From the IMG/VR virus record IMGVR_UViG_2974673715_000001, positions 96,001 through 160,000 of that record: a stretch of DNA of 64,000 nt; one strand, given 5' to 3'. Origin of the DNA: a virus. Lineage: Duplodnaviria; Caudoviricetes. Made by a program: the position numbers and the translations under genes. Under the pieces are notes generated by a model, which had not been told where the DNA came from, did not search any database, and saw nothing but the letters and a program-made list of their open reading frames with translations. Positions within the stretch are counted from its first letter, which is position 1. Each line of letters starts with the position of its first letter. Positions 38,101 to 46,960 of the stretch are shown here, piece by piece.

Positions 38101-38249
38101 GATGTTGGCACTGTGACACCGAACTAATCTGGGGAGGTGACAACGATTGTCCTTATGCAGAGGAGTATAGTTTCGTAACTAATCTCCACTGCCCTAAGTG
38201 CGATTCTTACGTTGAAGTTTATTATCCAAAAAAAGATGAAAGAATTTGA
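38097..38249 (+). CDS. Small zinc-ribbon protein (50 aa; not in the ORF track)
   Basis: ATGA-coupled; CWHC...LIWGGD...CPKC. Confidence 0.75.
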   Translation: MRCWHCDTELIWGGDNDCPYAEEYSFVTNLHCPKCDSYVEVYYPKKDERI

Positions 38250-38697
38250 TTATGAACTCGATTACAAGAGACTTGATTTTACAGACGAGGAAACTCGTAA
38301 ACTATATCGTATTGGAAGAGGGGAGCAAGGGGTTCTACTGGTTCGCCCTTATACTAACGATATATGTGCTCATTGGAGATTCAAAACTCCCACTGAGGCA
38401 GTAGAATCTTCCAACCATATCTTTGGTATGTATCTTGATTATCGTGATGAAAAAGATTTCATCGGTATGGATATGTGTCGTAAGTTTCTTGAAATGGGTT
38501 TTACCAGATCAAGGAGATATGCCAATCATAGAGATGGTAAAAAGTATGATAAAGAAGGTAATGTAATACCCCAAGAACCAGATCATGCTACCTGTCATTT
38601 TGCTGAGTCTGCTAAAATATTTAAGAAGGTTCGAGATATTGTTGCGAAGAATAAAACATATGTTACAATGAGGAAAGAATGGAGGGCATCTGAATGA
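38236..38697 (+). CDS. DUF4385-like protein
   Basis: YRIGRGEQGVL, HWRFKTP and GMDMCRKFLEMGFTRSRRYANH motifs. Confidence 0.75.
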   Translation: MKEFDYELDYKRLDFTDEETRKLYRIGRGEQGVLLVRPYTNDICAHWRFKTPTEAVESSNHIFGMYLDYRDEKDFIGMDMCRKFLEMGFTRSRRYANHRDGKKYDKEGNVIPQEPDHATCHFAESAKIFKKVRDIVAKNKTYVTMRKEWRASE

Positions 38698-39197
38698 ACA
38701 TTTTTGTAACTGATCCTTCCCCAACAAAGTCTGCTCAGGTATTACCTGACAAACACATCGTCAAGATGCCACTAGAGACCTGTCAAATGCTTTCTATTGT
38801 TGCATCTGATAAATGGGGTCACGGTTTTGGTTCTCTATCTAAACTAGATGGCACACCATACAAAACAGATAAGGGTGCTTTTCGTAATCATCCCTGCACT
38901 GTATGGGCACAAGATAATTGGACATGGTTGATCATGCATGGTCTTGCCTTATGCTTTGAATATACTCTTAGATACGGTAAGATACATAGTTGTCAATCAA
39001 CTATCGAACATGCTGAAAAAATATTTCCTCCTCAGGATACTGATCCAACACATTTTGTTTTCGCAGGTCCTGATCAGTTTAAGCATGATAAGACTATTGA
39101 CATTTTTACTGCATACAAGTATTATATCAATAGCAAACCATGGGTATCAGATAATTATCTAAGGTTACCTGATAGAAAACCTAACTGGGTTAATTAA
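38694..39197 (+). CDS. Pyrimidine-dimer DNA glycosylase-like protein
   Basis: MNIF..DKHIVKMPLETCQML, NHPCTVW and EYTLRYGKIH motifs. Confidence 0.7.
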   Translation: MNIFVTDPSPTKSAQVLPDKHIVKMPLETCQMLSIVASDKWGHGFGSLSKLDGTPYKTDKGAFRNHPCTVWAQDNWTWLIMHGLALCFEYTLRYGKIHSCQSTIEHAEKIFPPQDTDPTHFVFAGPDQFKHDKTIDIFTAYKYYINSKPWVSDNYLRLPDRKPNWVN

Positions 39198-39202
39198 TTA
39201 TT

Positions 39203-40144
39203 ATGAATGATTTTTTGTGGGTCGAGAAGTATCGTCCTAAAAACGTAGAACAATGCATCTTGCCCGAATCTGTGAAGACTACCTTCAAGAGTTTTATACA
39301 GCAGGGTGAGATTCCTAATCTCCTTCTATCTGGGACAGCAGGGGTAGGTAAAACAACTATTGCTAAAGCACTTTGTCATGAACTAGGAGCAGACTATTAT
39401 GTTATCAATGGATCCGATGAAGGACGATTCCTTGACACCGTACGAAACCAAGCAAAGAACTTTGCTGCAACTGTATCACTTACAGCAGAAGCAAAGCACA
39501 AAGTTCTTATCATCGACGAAGCAGACAACACTACACCAGATGTTCAACTCTTACTTCGTGCATCGATAGAAGAATTCCAAAAGAATTGTAGATTTATATT
39601 CACCTGTAATTTTAAAAACAAAATTATTGAACCTCTACACAGTAGAACAACTGTTGTAGAATTCAACGTTCGTGGTAAAACTAAACAACAACTTGCTGCA
39701 GAATTCTTTGCTAGATGTAAAGGTATTCTGATTGCTGAGGAAGTTACCTTCTCAGAAAAAGTTGTAGCAGAAGTTGTTCAGAAGTATTTTCCAGACTTCC
39801 GAAGGACTCTTAATGAGTTGCAACGATATGCAAGCACAGGATCTATTGATACTGGAATCCTAGCAGCACTAGGAGACGCAAATATCGATACTCTAGTTGA
39901 ATCATTGAAAGCAAAAAGATTCAATGATGTAAAGAAATGGGTTACACAAAACCTAGATTCTGATCCTGTCTCTATCATGAGGAAACTCTATGATAATGCT
40001 TCTAATGTAATGACAGGTCCTAGTATTGCAGCAGCAGTTCTAATCATTGCTGAATATCAATACAAGTCTGCATTCGTTGTAGATCAGGAGATCAATCTCC
40101 TTGCATGCTTAACTCAATTGATGCTTGAATGCGAATTCAAGTAA
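39203..40144 (+). CDS. g44: Clamp loader large subunit gp44
   Basis: LWVEKYRP, GVGKTT and IIDEAD motifs. Confidence 0.96.
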   Translation: MNDFLWVEKYRPKNVEQCILPESVKTTFKSFIQQGEIPNLLLSGTAGVGKTTIAKALCHELGADYYVINGSDEGRFLDTVRNQAKNFAATVSLTAEAKHKVLIIDEADNTTPDVQLLLRASIEEFQKNCRFIFTCNFKNKIIEPLHSRTTVVEFNVRGKTKQQLAAEFFARCKGILIAEEVTFSEKVVAEVVQKYFPDFRRTLNELQRYASTGSIDTGILAALGDANIDTLVESLKAKRFNDVKKWVTQNLDSDPVSIMRKLYDNASNVMTGPSIAAAVLIIAEYQYKSAFVVDQEINLLACLTQLMLECEFK

Positions 40145-40644
40145 CATCCAGTGACCTTTACAAAGAAGTAAAGGAACTTGTCTTAAGTCCTGATTTTCCT
40201 TGGCATTGGCATGACAAAGCATACAATGATGATGAGGTTACTGAAGGTAGAACAAACTTTGGTTTCTTCTCACATGTAGTCTTAGAGAGACCTGGTTACA
40301 CATACCTAACTCCTAAGATAAATTCTGATCACTTTCCATTGTTTCATGATTTATTTGTTGAGATCTGTAGAGACAATAACATTGATCCTAAAGTAATTTA
40401 CAGGATCAATGCTAACCTGACTACTGAATCACATCACAACAAATATGGTCCTGACCACACAGACCATGACTTTCCTCATAAGAATATGTTAATATACTTA
40501 ACAGGAACTCATGGAGGTCTTACTAAAGTTGGAAACACCAACTACTCTTGTATGCCTAATGAAGCAATTGTTTTTGAAGGTGTTCACGCACACATGGAAC
40601 CTACGTCTGGAAGACGAGTAGTTCTAGTTTACACATTTTTATGA
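40129..40644 (+). CDS. 2OG-Fe(II) oxygenase-like protein
   Basis: FPW, RINAN and HTD..H..R pattern. Confidence 0.7.
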   Translation: MRIQVTSSDLYKEVKELVLSPDFPWHWHDKAYNDDEVTEGRTNFGFFSHVVLERPGYTYLTPKINSDHFPLFHDLFVEICRDNNIDPKVIYRINANLTTESHHNKYGPDHTDHDFPHKNMLIYLTGTHGGLTKVGNTNYSCMPNEAIVFEGVHAHMEPTSGRRVVLVYTFL

Positions 40645-40919
40645 TTATGACTAACAAATTTATTAGAAAACGTGAAAAGATTAAAGCACAGGTAAAGTCC
40701 AGATTCTACTACTGGTTCTGGGGTGCTATGGCAGGTGCTGTTGTAGGTGGTCAACTATATGTTGGATCTTCATACAGACAAATGGCAAGATCAATGGACA
40801 GATGGTTTGAAGAGACCATTGAGATGATACAAATTCCACTAAAACCTCCAACGGGACGCATGATGCCTGTTCCAATGCCTAATCCAGATTTCTATGACGA
40901 TCCTATGATTATCAGATGA
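40641..40919 (+). CDS. Hypothetical membrane protein
   Basis: Basic N-terminus followed by FYYWFWGAMAGAVVGG. Confidence 0.6.
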   Translation: MIMTNKFIRKREKIKAQVKSRFYYWFWGAMAGAVVGGQLYVGSSYRQMARSMDRWFEETIEMIQIPLKPPTGRMMPVPMPNPDFYDDPMIIR

Positions 40920-41749
40920 CATCTTTAAAAACACCACTAAGATATCCTGGCGGTAAGTCTCGTGCTACTAAAAAGATGGCACAATATTTTCCAGACTTTA
41001 GAGACTATACTGAATTCCGTGAACCTTTTCTTGGAGGTGGATCTGTAGCGTTATACGTTACACAGATGTATCCTTATTTGGAAATCTGGGTCAATGATCT
41101 ATACGAACCTCTGTATACATTTTGGAAACAACTGCAAAAGCATAGTGATGAACTTAGGAACCAACTTGTTCAACTCAAGCAAAAATATCCTGATCCGTCT
41201 TCGGCAAAAAATCTTTTCTTACAATCCAAAGAGTATCTTACTAGACACCCAAGAGATTGCGATTTTAAGGCTCGTGCTGTCGCTTTCTATGTTGTTAACA
41301 AGTGCTCTTTTTCTGGTCTTACTGAGTCCTCCTCGTTCAGCAAACAAGCGTCTGATTCAAACTTTTCAATGCGAGGAATTGAAAAACTACCATACTACGG
41401 AAGACTTATCAAAAGGTGGGAAATCACTAATCTGCCATACGAAAAATTATTGACAGATGATACTAATGCATTCCTATACTTAGATCCTCCGTACGATATC
41501 AAGGCAAACTTGTATGGAAAGAGAGGCACAATGCATATTGGATTCGACCATGATTCTTTTGCAAGAAGGTGTGATAGAGTCGAGTGTGATCAAATGATAT
41601 CTTATAATTCTTCTAATTTAGTAAAGCAAAGATTCCAAGGTTGGAAAGCACAAGAATACGATCATACTTATACTATGAGATCTGTAGGTGACTACATGAA
41701 AGATCAAGAACAACGCAAAGAACTTCTCCTTTTAAATTATGGCATATGA
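40916..41749 (+). CDS. dam: DNA adenine methyltransferase
   Basis: LRYPGGKS, EPFLGGGSV and YLDPPY motifs. Confidence 0.92.
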   Translation: MTSLKTPLRYPGGKSRATKKMAQYFPDFRDYTEFREPFLGGGSVALYVTQMYPYLEIWVNDLYEPLYTFWKQLQKHSDELRNQLVQLKQKYPDPSSAKNLFLQSKEYLTRHPRDCDFKARAVAFYVVNKCSFSGLTESSSFSKQASDSNFSMRGIEKLPYYGRLIKRWEITNLPYEKLLTDDTNAFLYLDPPYDIKANLYGKRGTMHIGFDHDSFARRCDRVECDQMISYNSSNLVKQRFQGWKAQEYDHTYTMRSVGDYMKDQEQRKELLLLNYGI

Positions 41750-42140
41750 TGAAAGATATCCTCTAAAGGATTATCTAAACTCAATCAACTTCAGTAAAGA
41801 TTATTTGATGGATGAGGATCCTGCATGGGAGAAAAACTATCCTTCATATGTAATCAATAAATGCATGTCGCATCATTTGGATACGATCATGTATGCTAAT
41901 GAAATGAATATACATTCTCATATAGATAAACGTTTGCAATATGATTTCTTTATAAATATCGTGAGACCCCGAAAGAGATTTTCTCCTTGGGGTAAGAAAC
42001 AGAAAGTGAAAGATCTTGACCTTGTTAAAAAATACTATGGTTATAGTAATGATAAAGCATATCAAGCCTTAGAGATCTTAACTCCATCCCAACTTAATTA
42101 CATTAAGGATAAACTGAACAAAGGAGGTAAGACCAGATGA
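41739..42140 (+). CDS. g62: Clamp loader small subunit gp62
   Basis: YLNSIN, RKRFSPW and YYGYS motifs; lies upstream of regA. Confidence 0.9.
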   Translation: MAYDERYPLKDYLNSINFSKDYLMDEDPAWEKNYPSYVINKCMSHHLDTIMYANEMNIHSHIDKRLQYDFFINIVRPRKRFSPWGKKQKVKDLDLVKKYYGYSNDKAYQALEILTPSQLNYIKDKLNKGGKTR

Positions 42141-42562
42141 ATGAAGTTAAAGAAGTCCAGTGGACTAAGAATGATATGGTTGAAGTGAATTTAAAAGAAC
42201 CAGACGATTTTCTAAAGGTTCGTGAAACACTTACTCGTATCGGTGTAGCATCTCGTAAAGAGAAAAAGTTATACCAGTCCTGTCATATTCTACATAAGAA
42301 AGGACAATACTATATCGTGCATTTCAAAGAATTATTTGCTCTTGATGGTAAGAAAGCAAATCTATCTGAGAATGATGTGCAACGTAGAAACAGAATTATT
42401 AAATTACTATCTGACTGGGGACTAGTTGAAATTGTAAATGTATCAGCAATCTCAGACGCTGCTCCATTAAGTCAAATTAAAGTAATTGCATACAAAGAGA
42501 AAGGAGATTGGACGCTTGAGTCCAAATATAACATCGGGAAAAAACGTCAAGTCACAGAATGA
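42137..42562 (+). CDS. regA: Translational repressor RegA
   Basis: DDFLKVRETLTRIG and LYQSCHILHKKG.YYIVHFKELF motifs. Confidence 0.97.
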   Translation: MNEVKEVQWTKNDMVEVNLKEPDDFLKVRETLTRIGVASRKEKKLYQSCHILHKKGQYYIVHFKELFALDGKKANLSENDVQRRNRIIKLLSDWGLVEIVNVSAISDAAPLSQIKVIAYKEKGDWTLESKYNIGKKRQVTE

Positions 42563-42592
42563 TATATAGTTTAGTGTTATCATATCAGCATA

Positions 42593-42985
42593 ATGGCAGA
42601 CGCAAAGAAAGTAGAGGATAAACCAAAAGGTCCTCTAGGAAAAATCAAAGAGTTCAGTGAAGATAAAGAAGAACAACTTGCTATCCTAAGTACATTCGTA
42701 CGTCTGGGTATTTTGATTTGGAGTGGTGGTATCTTAACTTTAAATTACGTTACGATACCTGGTTGGGAACAAGATAAAATTGATCCAACTTTTATAGCTT
42801 CGGTTTTCACAGGAGTCACAGCTACTTTCGGCATTCAAGCGGGAGGTAAGAAAAAGAATGGAGACAGTGGTGGTGGTGCAAACATCTCTAAGAAAGACAT
42901 GGAGATGCTTATTGAAAAAGCAACACAGGCAGCACCAACTCAAACTATTAAGTTAGAAGTTCCTACAGTTAAAATTACTAGTTAA
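42593..42985 (+). CDS. Two-TM membrane protein
   Basis: Two hydrophobic segments flanking KIDPTFIAS, and a charged C-terminus. Confidence 0.7.
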   Translation: MADAKKVEDKPKGPLGKIKEFSEDKEEQLAILSTFVRLGILIWSGGILTLNYVTIPGWEQDKIDPTFIASVFTGVTATFGIQAGGKKKNGDSGGGANISKKDMEMLIEKATQAAPTQTIKLEVPTVKITS

Positions 42986-42989
42986 AATC

Positions 42990-43217
42990 ATGCAAAAAAT
43001 TATCAACGGAATCGCTATCTTCTCAGGTGTTGTGGCACTTGGTGTAGTAGGACTAGGTGGATATGTATACATCCGTAAGGATGCTATCATTGAAGACATC
43101 AAAGAGAAAGCAATCAATGCAGCACTTGGTGGAGTAAGTGACTCTCTACCTGACATGGTAGATACACAACTACCTCCTGTAACTGGTGCACCAGTTCCCT
43201 TACCTTCATTACCATGA
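42990..43217 (+). CDS. Single-TM protein with Pro-rich tail
   Basis: N-terminal hydrophobic helix; LPPVTGAPVPLPSLP tail. Confidence 0.7.
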   Translation: MQKIINGIAIFSGVVALGVVGLGGYVYIRKDAIIEDIKEKAINAALGGVSDSLPDMVDTQLPPVTGAPVPLPSLP

Positions 43218-43816
43218 ACGTTAAATGGATATCAATCGGTGTAGTTGGTAGTATATTCGCAGTATCTCATCTGGGAATGATAGGTTATATTGCCAGTAGA
43301 AAAACCGAGAGTCAATTACCTAGGATAGATGTTCCTGTAGGTGACTATACTTCATATGCCATCTCAGCTGATAAGGATGGATATAAAATTAGTTACTCAG
43401 CAAACGATCCTAAGACAGCATTTATTACTAAGGACATCAAAGAGAAAGGTGGTTTCTTAGGACTAGCAAATGAAACTACTAAGATCACTGAAGAATACTT
43501 CTTAGATGGTAAGACTAATCAAGGCGGTGCTGTATCTAACAAGAGATCTTGGATTGATCAACCACCTGGTTTAACTGCAGAGCAATCAGCAGAAATAGTC
43601 GCTGCTCGAAAAAGTGAAGCCTGTATCAAAGCAATCGGATCAGCAGAGGGTACAGGACGTCTCGTTGGCACATCAATTGGTGCTGCTGCTGCTCCTTCTC
43701 TCAGTAGTATCCCCTTTGTTGGTTGGGTCGCTGCTGGCTGGGTGGCAATGTTTGGTGGCAATCAGGGAGCTGATATAGGTGGAAATATGGCAGAGGATAT
43801 GAGTAAGGATTGTTAA
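43214..43816 (+). CDS. Membrane protein with glycine-zipper-like C-terminus
   Basis: N-terminal TM; GRLVGTSIGAAAA..IPFVGWVAAGWVAMFGGNQGADIGG. Confidence 0.7.
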   Translation: MNVKWISIGVVGSIFAVSHLGMIGYIASRKTESQLPRIDVPVGDYTSYAISADKDGYKISYSANDPKTAFITKDIKEKGGFLGLANETTKITEEYFLDGKTNQGGAVSNKRSWIDQPPGLTAEQSAEIVAARKSEACIKAIGSAEGTGRLVGTSIGAAAAPSLSSIPFVGWVAAGWVAMFGGNQGADIGGNMAEDMSKDC

Positions 43817-44592
43817 TTCTTTTTCTTCTTAGGACGTTTGAATGGAGGTAATCCTTTCTTCTCACGATACTTATTACACTGTAACTCATTACGACTTAAC
43901 TTAGGTGGTTCTTTACCGAGATTCTTTTGTATGATCGTAGTGAGTTTTTTAATGAGTGGTTTTATAACTCTCAACAGTAATGGTGTTGCAGCAGCAGATG
44001 CTGTAGCTACCACTGCGATAGTTGCTGTTACGCTGACTTGATTTGTGCTTGGTAGAAATCTTTGAATTGCTGTAGTATCTTCATACAACACTACACATTG
44101 ACCATCTCTAACTTCATGACCTATAACTCTTTCTTCACCATTCTGAGTTAGATCACCTACTCTAGGTTGATTAGGTGCAGGACACTCAATCTCTTTATCA
44201 GTTTTTGGTATCGGTGGAACCTCTGGTGTATCTACTTCTGGTGTAGGTGGTGGTTCAACGACAGGAGGTGGTGGTGCCTCTATGACCATCTGTAATTGAT
44301 CAGGTTGATAATCCATCGCATCATATGATGGCACACCTGCATCACAAAATACTAATACTTTATCTTCATCGTCTTCAATTATTTTATTATTCTTGTCACT
44401 CTGCTCGTGTGCTTCCACACAACCAGGCATCTGAATGATGGGTTGACCTATGTTTACAGTAGCAGGAGGTACGAAAGGTATTGAGTGAACTGGTTGTTTA
44501 GTTAACCAATCTGGGATATCACTAACAAATATTCTCGTTGTTCCTATGTCTCGAACACTTGCGTTATTGACTTGTATCTTTGGTATATCCAT
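43813..44592 (-). CDS. Cys/Pro-rich protein with C-terminal membrane anchor
   Basis: Cys pairs, a PPPP linker, TM segment VTATIAVVATASAAATPLLL and a basic tail. Confidence 0.75.
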   Translation of the reverse strand: MDIPKIQVNNASVRDIGTTRIFVSDIPDWLTKQPVHSIPFVPPATVNIGQPIIQMPGCVEAHEQSDKNNKIIEDDEDKVLVFCDAGVPSYDAMDYQPDQLQMVIEAPPPPVVEPPPTPEVDTPEVPPIPKTDKEIECPAPNQPRVGDLTQNGEERVIGHEVRDGQCVVLYEDTTAIQRFLPSTNQVSVTATIAVVATASAAATPLLLRVIKPLIKKLTTIIQKNLGKEPPKLSRNELQCNKYREKKGLPPFKRPKKKKN

Positions 44593-44595
44593 ACA

Positions 44596-45444
44596 TCATG
44601 GGTTTCCTATTGATATATCTTCTAAGTTATTTGCATTTGTGCTAGGAATCTCATGAGCATGAGGAGCAATGATATTAACATTCTGCACAACAACGTCTGC
44701 ACATATACTATAGTATGGTGACTTAGGATGGAATGAAATTCCCTCTTTTATCAAATTTCCACAATTTTTCAAACGAGCTATCTCAAAGTCAAGTCTCTTA
44801 TTTGCTACGGTTTGATTCATTAATGCGATATTTGCTGCTGCTGCCTCTTTACATTGCTCTTGTAGTTTCTTATCTAATGGTCTAGACCATGTTGCAGATA
44901 CACCAACTGAGAAATTATAATTATCTTTCTGTGCTGTTCTTGTAGGAACATGGTATAAAATATTACCTGGATTATCTAATACACCGTCATCATTCAAATC
45001 TGACATGTCATACACAGGATCCATATAGTATGGTTCGTACGGTTTTTGTGCTGAAGCCGTCCCTGTGATGTACGGAGTAATATTCATGGTAGCACCTTGG
45101 CACTGAATGCCATTACCATAAGTGTTTGTTATATACGGACCTTGTAAAACTTGTATTGCCTGGTTGGTAACTGAGCCTGAAGAATTGGCGATTGGACTTG
45201 CAGTCGCACTGACACCACCAACTGTCTCTGCCTTAACAGTAGGAACAAAGGGCATGAATCCAGTAATGGCAAGTAATGCTATTGACTGAAGATACTTGTT
45301 GTATCTGTTACCGAAGTTACGGTTGTTTCTCTTTGTATTACCGTGTGGTTTGAAAGACCTGGTCCCATGTAGGTTTCTGTGTATTGAAACGCTGCACCTG
45401 GCGTCTGTATTGTGAAGTTGGGTTTGTCGCTTATACCCGTCCAT
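44596..45444 (-). CDS. Exported protein with an extended leader overlapping the upstream gene
   Basis: Signal-like YLQSIALLAITGFMPFVPTVKA. The only ATG upstream of it is at 45444, with an AAGGAG SD. Confidence 0.7.
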   Translation of the reverse strand: MDGYKRQTQLHNTDARCSVSIHRNLHGTRSFKPHGNTKRNNRNFGNRYNKYLQSIALLAITGFMPFVPTVKAETVGGVSATASPIANSSGSVTNQAIQVLQGPYITNTYGNGIQCQGATMNITPYITGTASAQKPYEPYYMDPVYDMSDLNDDGVLDNPGNILYHVPTRTAQKDNYNFSVGVSATWSRPLDKKLQEQCKEAAAANIALMNQTVANKRLDFEIARLKNCGNLIKEGISFHPKSPYYSICADVVVQNVNIIAPHAHEIPSTNANNLEDISIGNP

Positions 45445-45710
45445 GTCGAATTCACTCCTTCAATAGTATTAACTTGGGTTGCATTAGTGGGTGATAAATT
45501 ATCATCTGTAGTTACACCGTGCCCACTGACCGACCATTGATAGCCTGTGTTATAGTCCATCGAAGATATGGTCTCCACCACAGTGGAAGTCGTTTCCGTG
45601 TGGGTGGTCATCGAGCCTTGTTGGAAATTTGGCACCACAGGCACTGCTATGACTGGGTTTATAGCACCACCCATAGCTATTAGTAGGAATAACTTATATG
45701 TATTCCTCAT
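45279..45710 (-). CDS. Exported Thr-rich beta protein
   Basis: Signal peptide ending NPVIA, then VPVVPNFQQGSMT. Confidence 0.75.
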   Translation of the reverse strand: MRNTYKLFLLIAMGGAINPVIAVPVVPNFQQGSMTTHTETTSTVVETISSMDYNTGYQWSVSGHGVTTDDNLSPTNATQVNTIEGVNSTWTGISDKPNFTIQTPGAAFQYTETYMGPGLSNHTVIQRETTVTSVTDTTSIFSQ

Positions 45711-45715
45711 GATTA

Positions 45716-46282
45716 TTAGTCAAAAATAGTAATTTCGCTAACAAACTGACCTGTCAATGAATTACCTGCACCGAGAGTTCCTGCTGAACTTGTGCCCTGA
45801 TTAATCGTAATAGTATGACCATTTGTGATTGTTCCTGGTGCACCTGTTCCTGCTGTTCCTGCACTTTGTGTGGTGATATCACCCCAACTAGCAGCTGCAG
45901 CAGAAGAATTGTCACCTTGTTGCCATGATTGGGCGAAGGAGAATGATCCTGCACATGCTAGGTCATCATCTGCAGATGATCCTGTGCATCCATTTTGAAC
46001 ACCAGTAATTGTTCCAACTGTTCCAACACCTGTAGTAGCACTATAAGTGTTAATACCGATACCACCATCTACAGCACTACCATTGGCAGGTGTATGTGTT
46101 GTGATCACGTTATTTCCAGAGATCGAATAGCTATTGCCAATTCGTGTCTGAGTCACGATTTGAGGTTCAACAGTTAGTTGTAAACTAGATTGGTGTCTAG
46201 TCGATAGTCCGCCCGCATTTGCTGCTGTGCCGAACGTCAAAAGCATAATGATAGGAATAAATTTCTTCATTATTTTACTCAT
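45716..46282 (-). CDS. Exported Gly/Thr/Ser-rich protein
   Basis: MKKFIPIIMLLTFGTAANA signal peptide; the start may be 46270. Confidence 0.75.
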   Translation of the reverse strand: MSKIMKKFIPIIMLLTFGTAANAGGLSTRHQSSLQLTVEPQIVTQTRIGNSYSISGNNVITTHTPANGSAVDGGIGINTYSATTGVGTVGTITGVQNGCTGSSADDDLACAGSFSFAQSWQQGDNSSAAAASWGDITTQSAGTAGTGAPGTITNGHTITINQGTSSAGTLGAGNSLTGQFVSEITIFD

Positions 46283-46374
46283 AGGGAATCCTGCACTATA
46301 TAGGTGTGCAAAACCTTACACATATGTTCGGCATGTACCATTTCCTGACATCTCAGTCTATGGTTAAATAGTAG

Positions 46375-46418
46375 TGTCGCCTTCGGGGACAAAAACTAAC
46401 ACTCGCTTATTTAAGGAG
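46375..46418 (+). promoter_or_regulatory. Two-hairpin 5' leader of hsp20, ROSE-like
   Basis: TGTC-G-CC-TTCG-GG-GACA, then CTC-G-CTT-ATTT-AAG-GAG occluding the SD. Confidence 0.55.
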
Positions 46419-46422
46419 CAAC

Positions 46423-46872
46423 ATGACTAACTTATCAAAGTGGACATCGAAGGATGTCGATGCAATTTTTAACGCTGCAAATCGTTACAGCGTAGGATTC
46501 GATGATCTGTTCGACAGACTACACGCATACGGAACAGGATCACCTACTGGACAATACCCTCCATATAATATTGTCAAAGAATCCGCAGAGAAATGGAGAC
46601 TAGAACTAGCACTCGCAGGATGGTCAGCAGACCAAGTAGAAGTATCTACAGAGCAGAACGTACTACTAGTCAAATCAAAAGAGCAAGATCCAAATACAAA
46701 AGAAGAACAATACGTTCATAGAGGTGTAGCATCCAGAACATTTGCTAGAGGATTTAATCTATCAGATGACGTAGAACTTGGCAAAGTATCCTTTGTTAAT
46801 GGAATGCTAACAATTGAGTTACAAAAGGTAATTCCAGAACATCAGAAAAGACGAGTCTATGACATAGGTTAA
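46423..46872 (+). CDS. hsp20: Small heat-shock protein
   Basis: YPPYNIV, LELALAG, YVHRGVASRTF and NGMLTI motifs. Confidence 0.95.
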   Translation: MTNLSKWTSKDVDAIFNAANRYSVGFDDLFDRLHAYGTGSPTGQYPPYNIVKESAEKWRLELALAGWSADQVEVSTEQNVLLVKSKEQDPNTKEEQYVHRGVASRTFARGFNLSDDVELGKVSFVNGMLTIELQKVIPEHQKRRVYDIG

Positions 46873-46934
46873 CTAAAACTTTCGCAGTTCTTAACCTGTA
46901 GTTAAAGATACAAAACACTCACTTATGCTATATT
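46868..46934 (+). promoter_or_regulatory. Pho box plus extended -10 of pstS
   Basis: GTTAACTA, CTTTCGCA, CTTAACCT and GTTAAAGA at 46868, 46879, 46890 and 46901 (11-bp period); TGCTATATT at 46926. Confidence 0.75.
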
Positions 46935-46954
46935 AAGTGGGTGTTATTTTTTTT
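46914..46954 (+). terminator. Terminator-like hairpin between hsp20 and pstS
   Basis: AACACTCACTTA-8 nt-TAAGTGGGTGTT followed by A and T8. Confidence 0.65.
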
Positions 46955-46960
46955 AAACAA

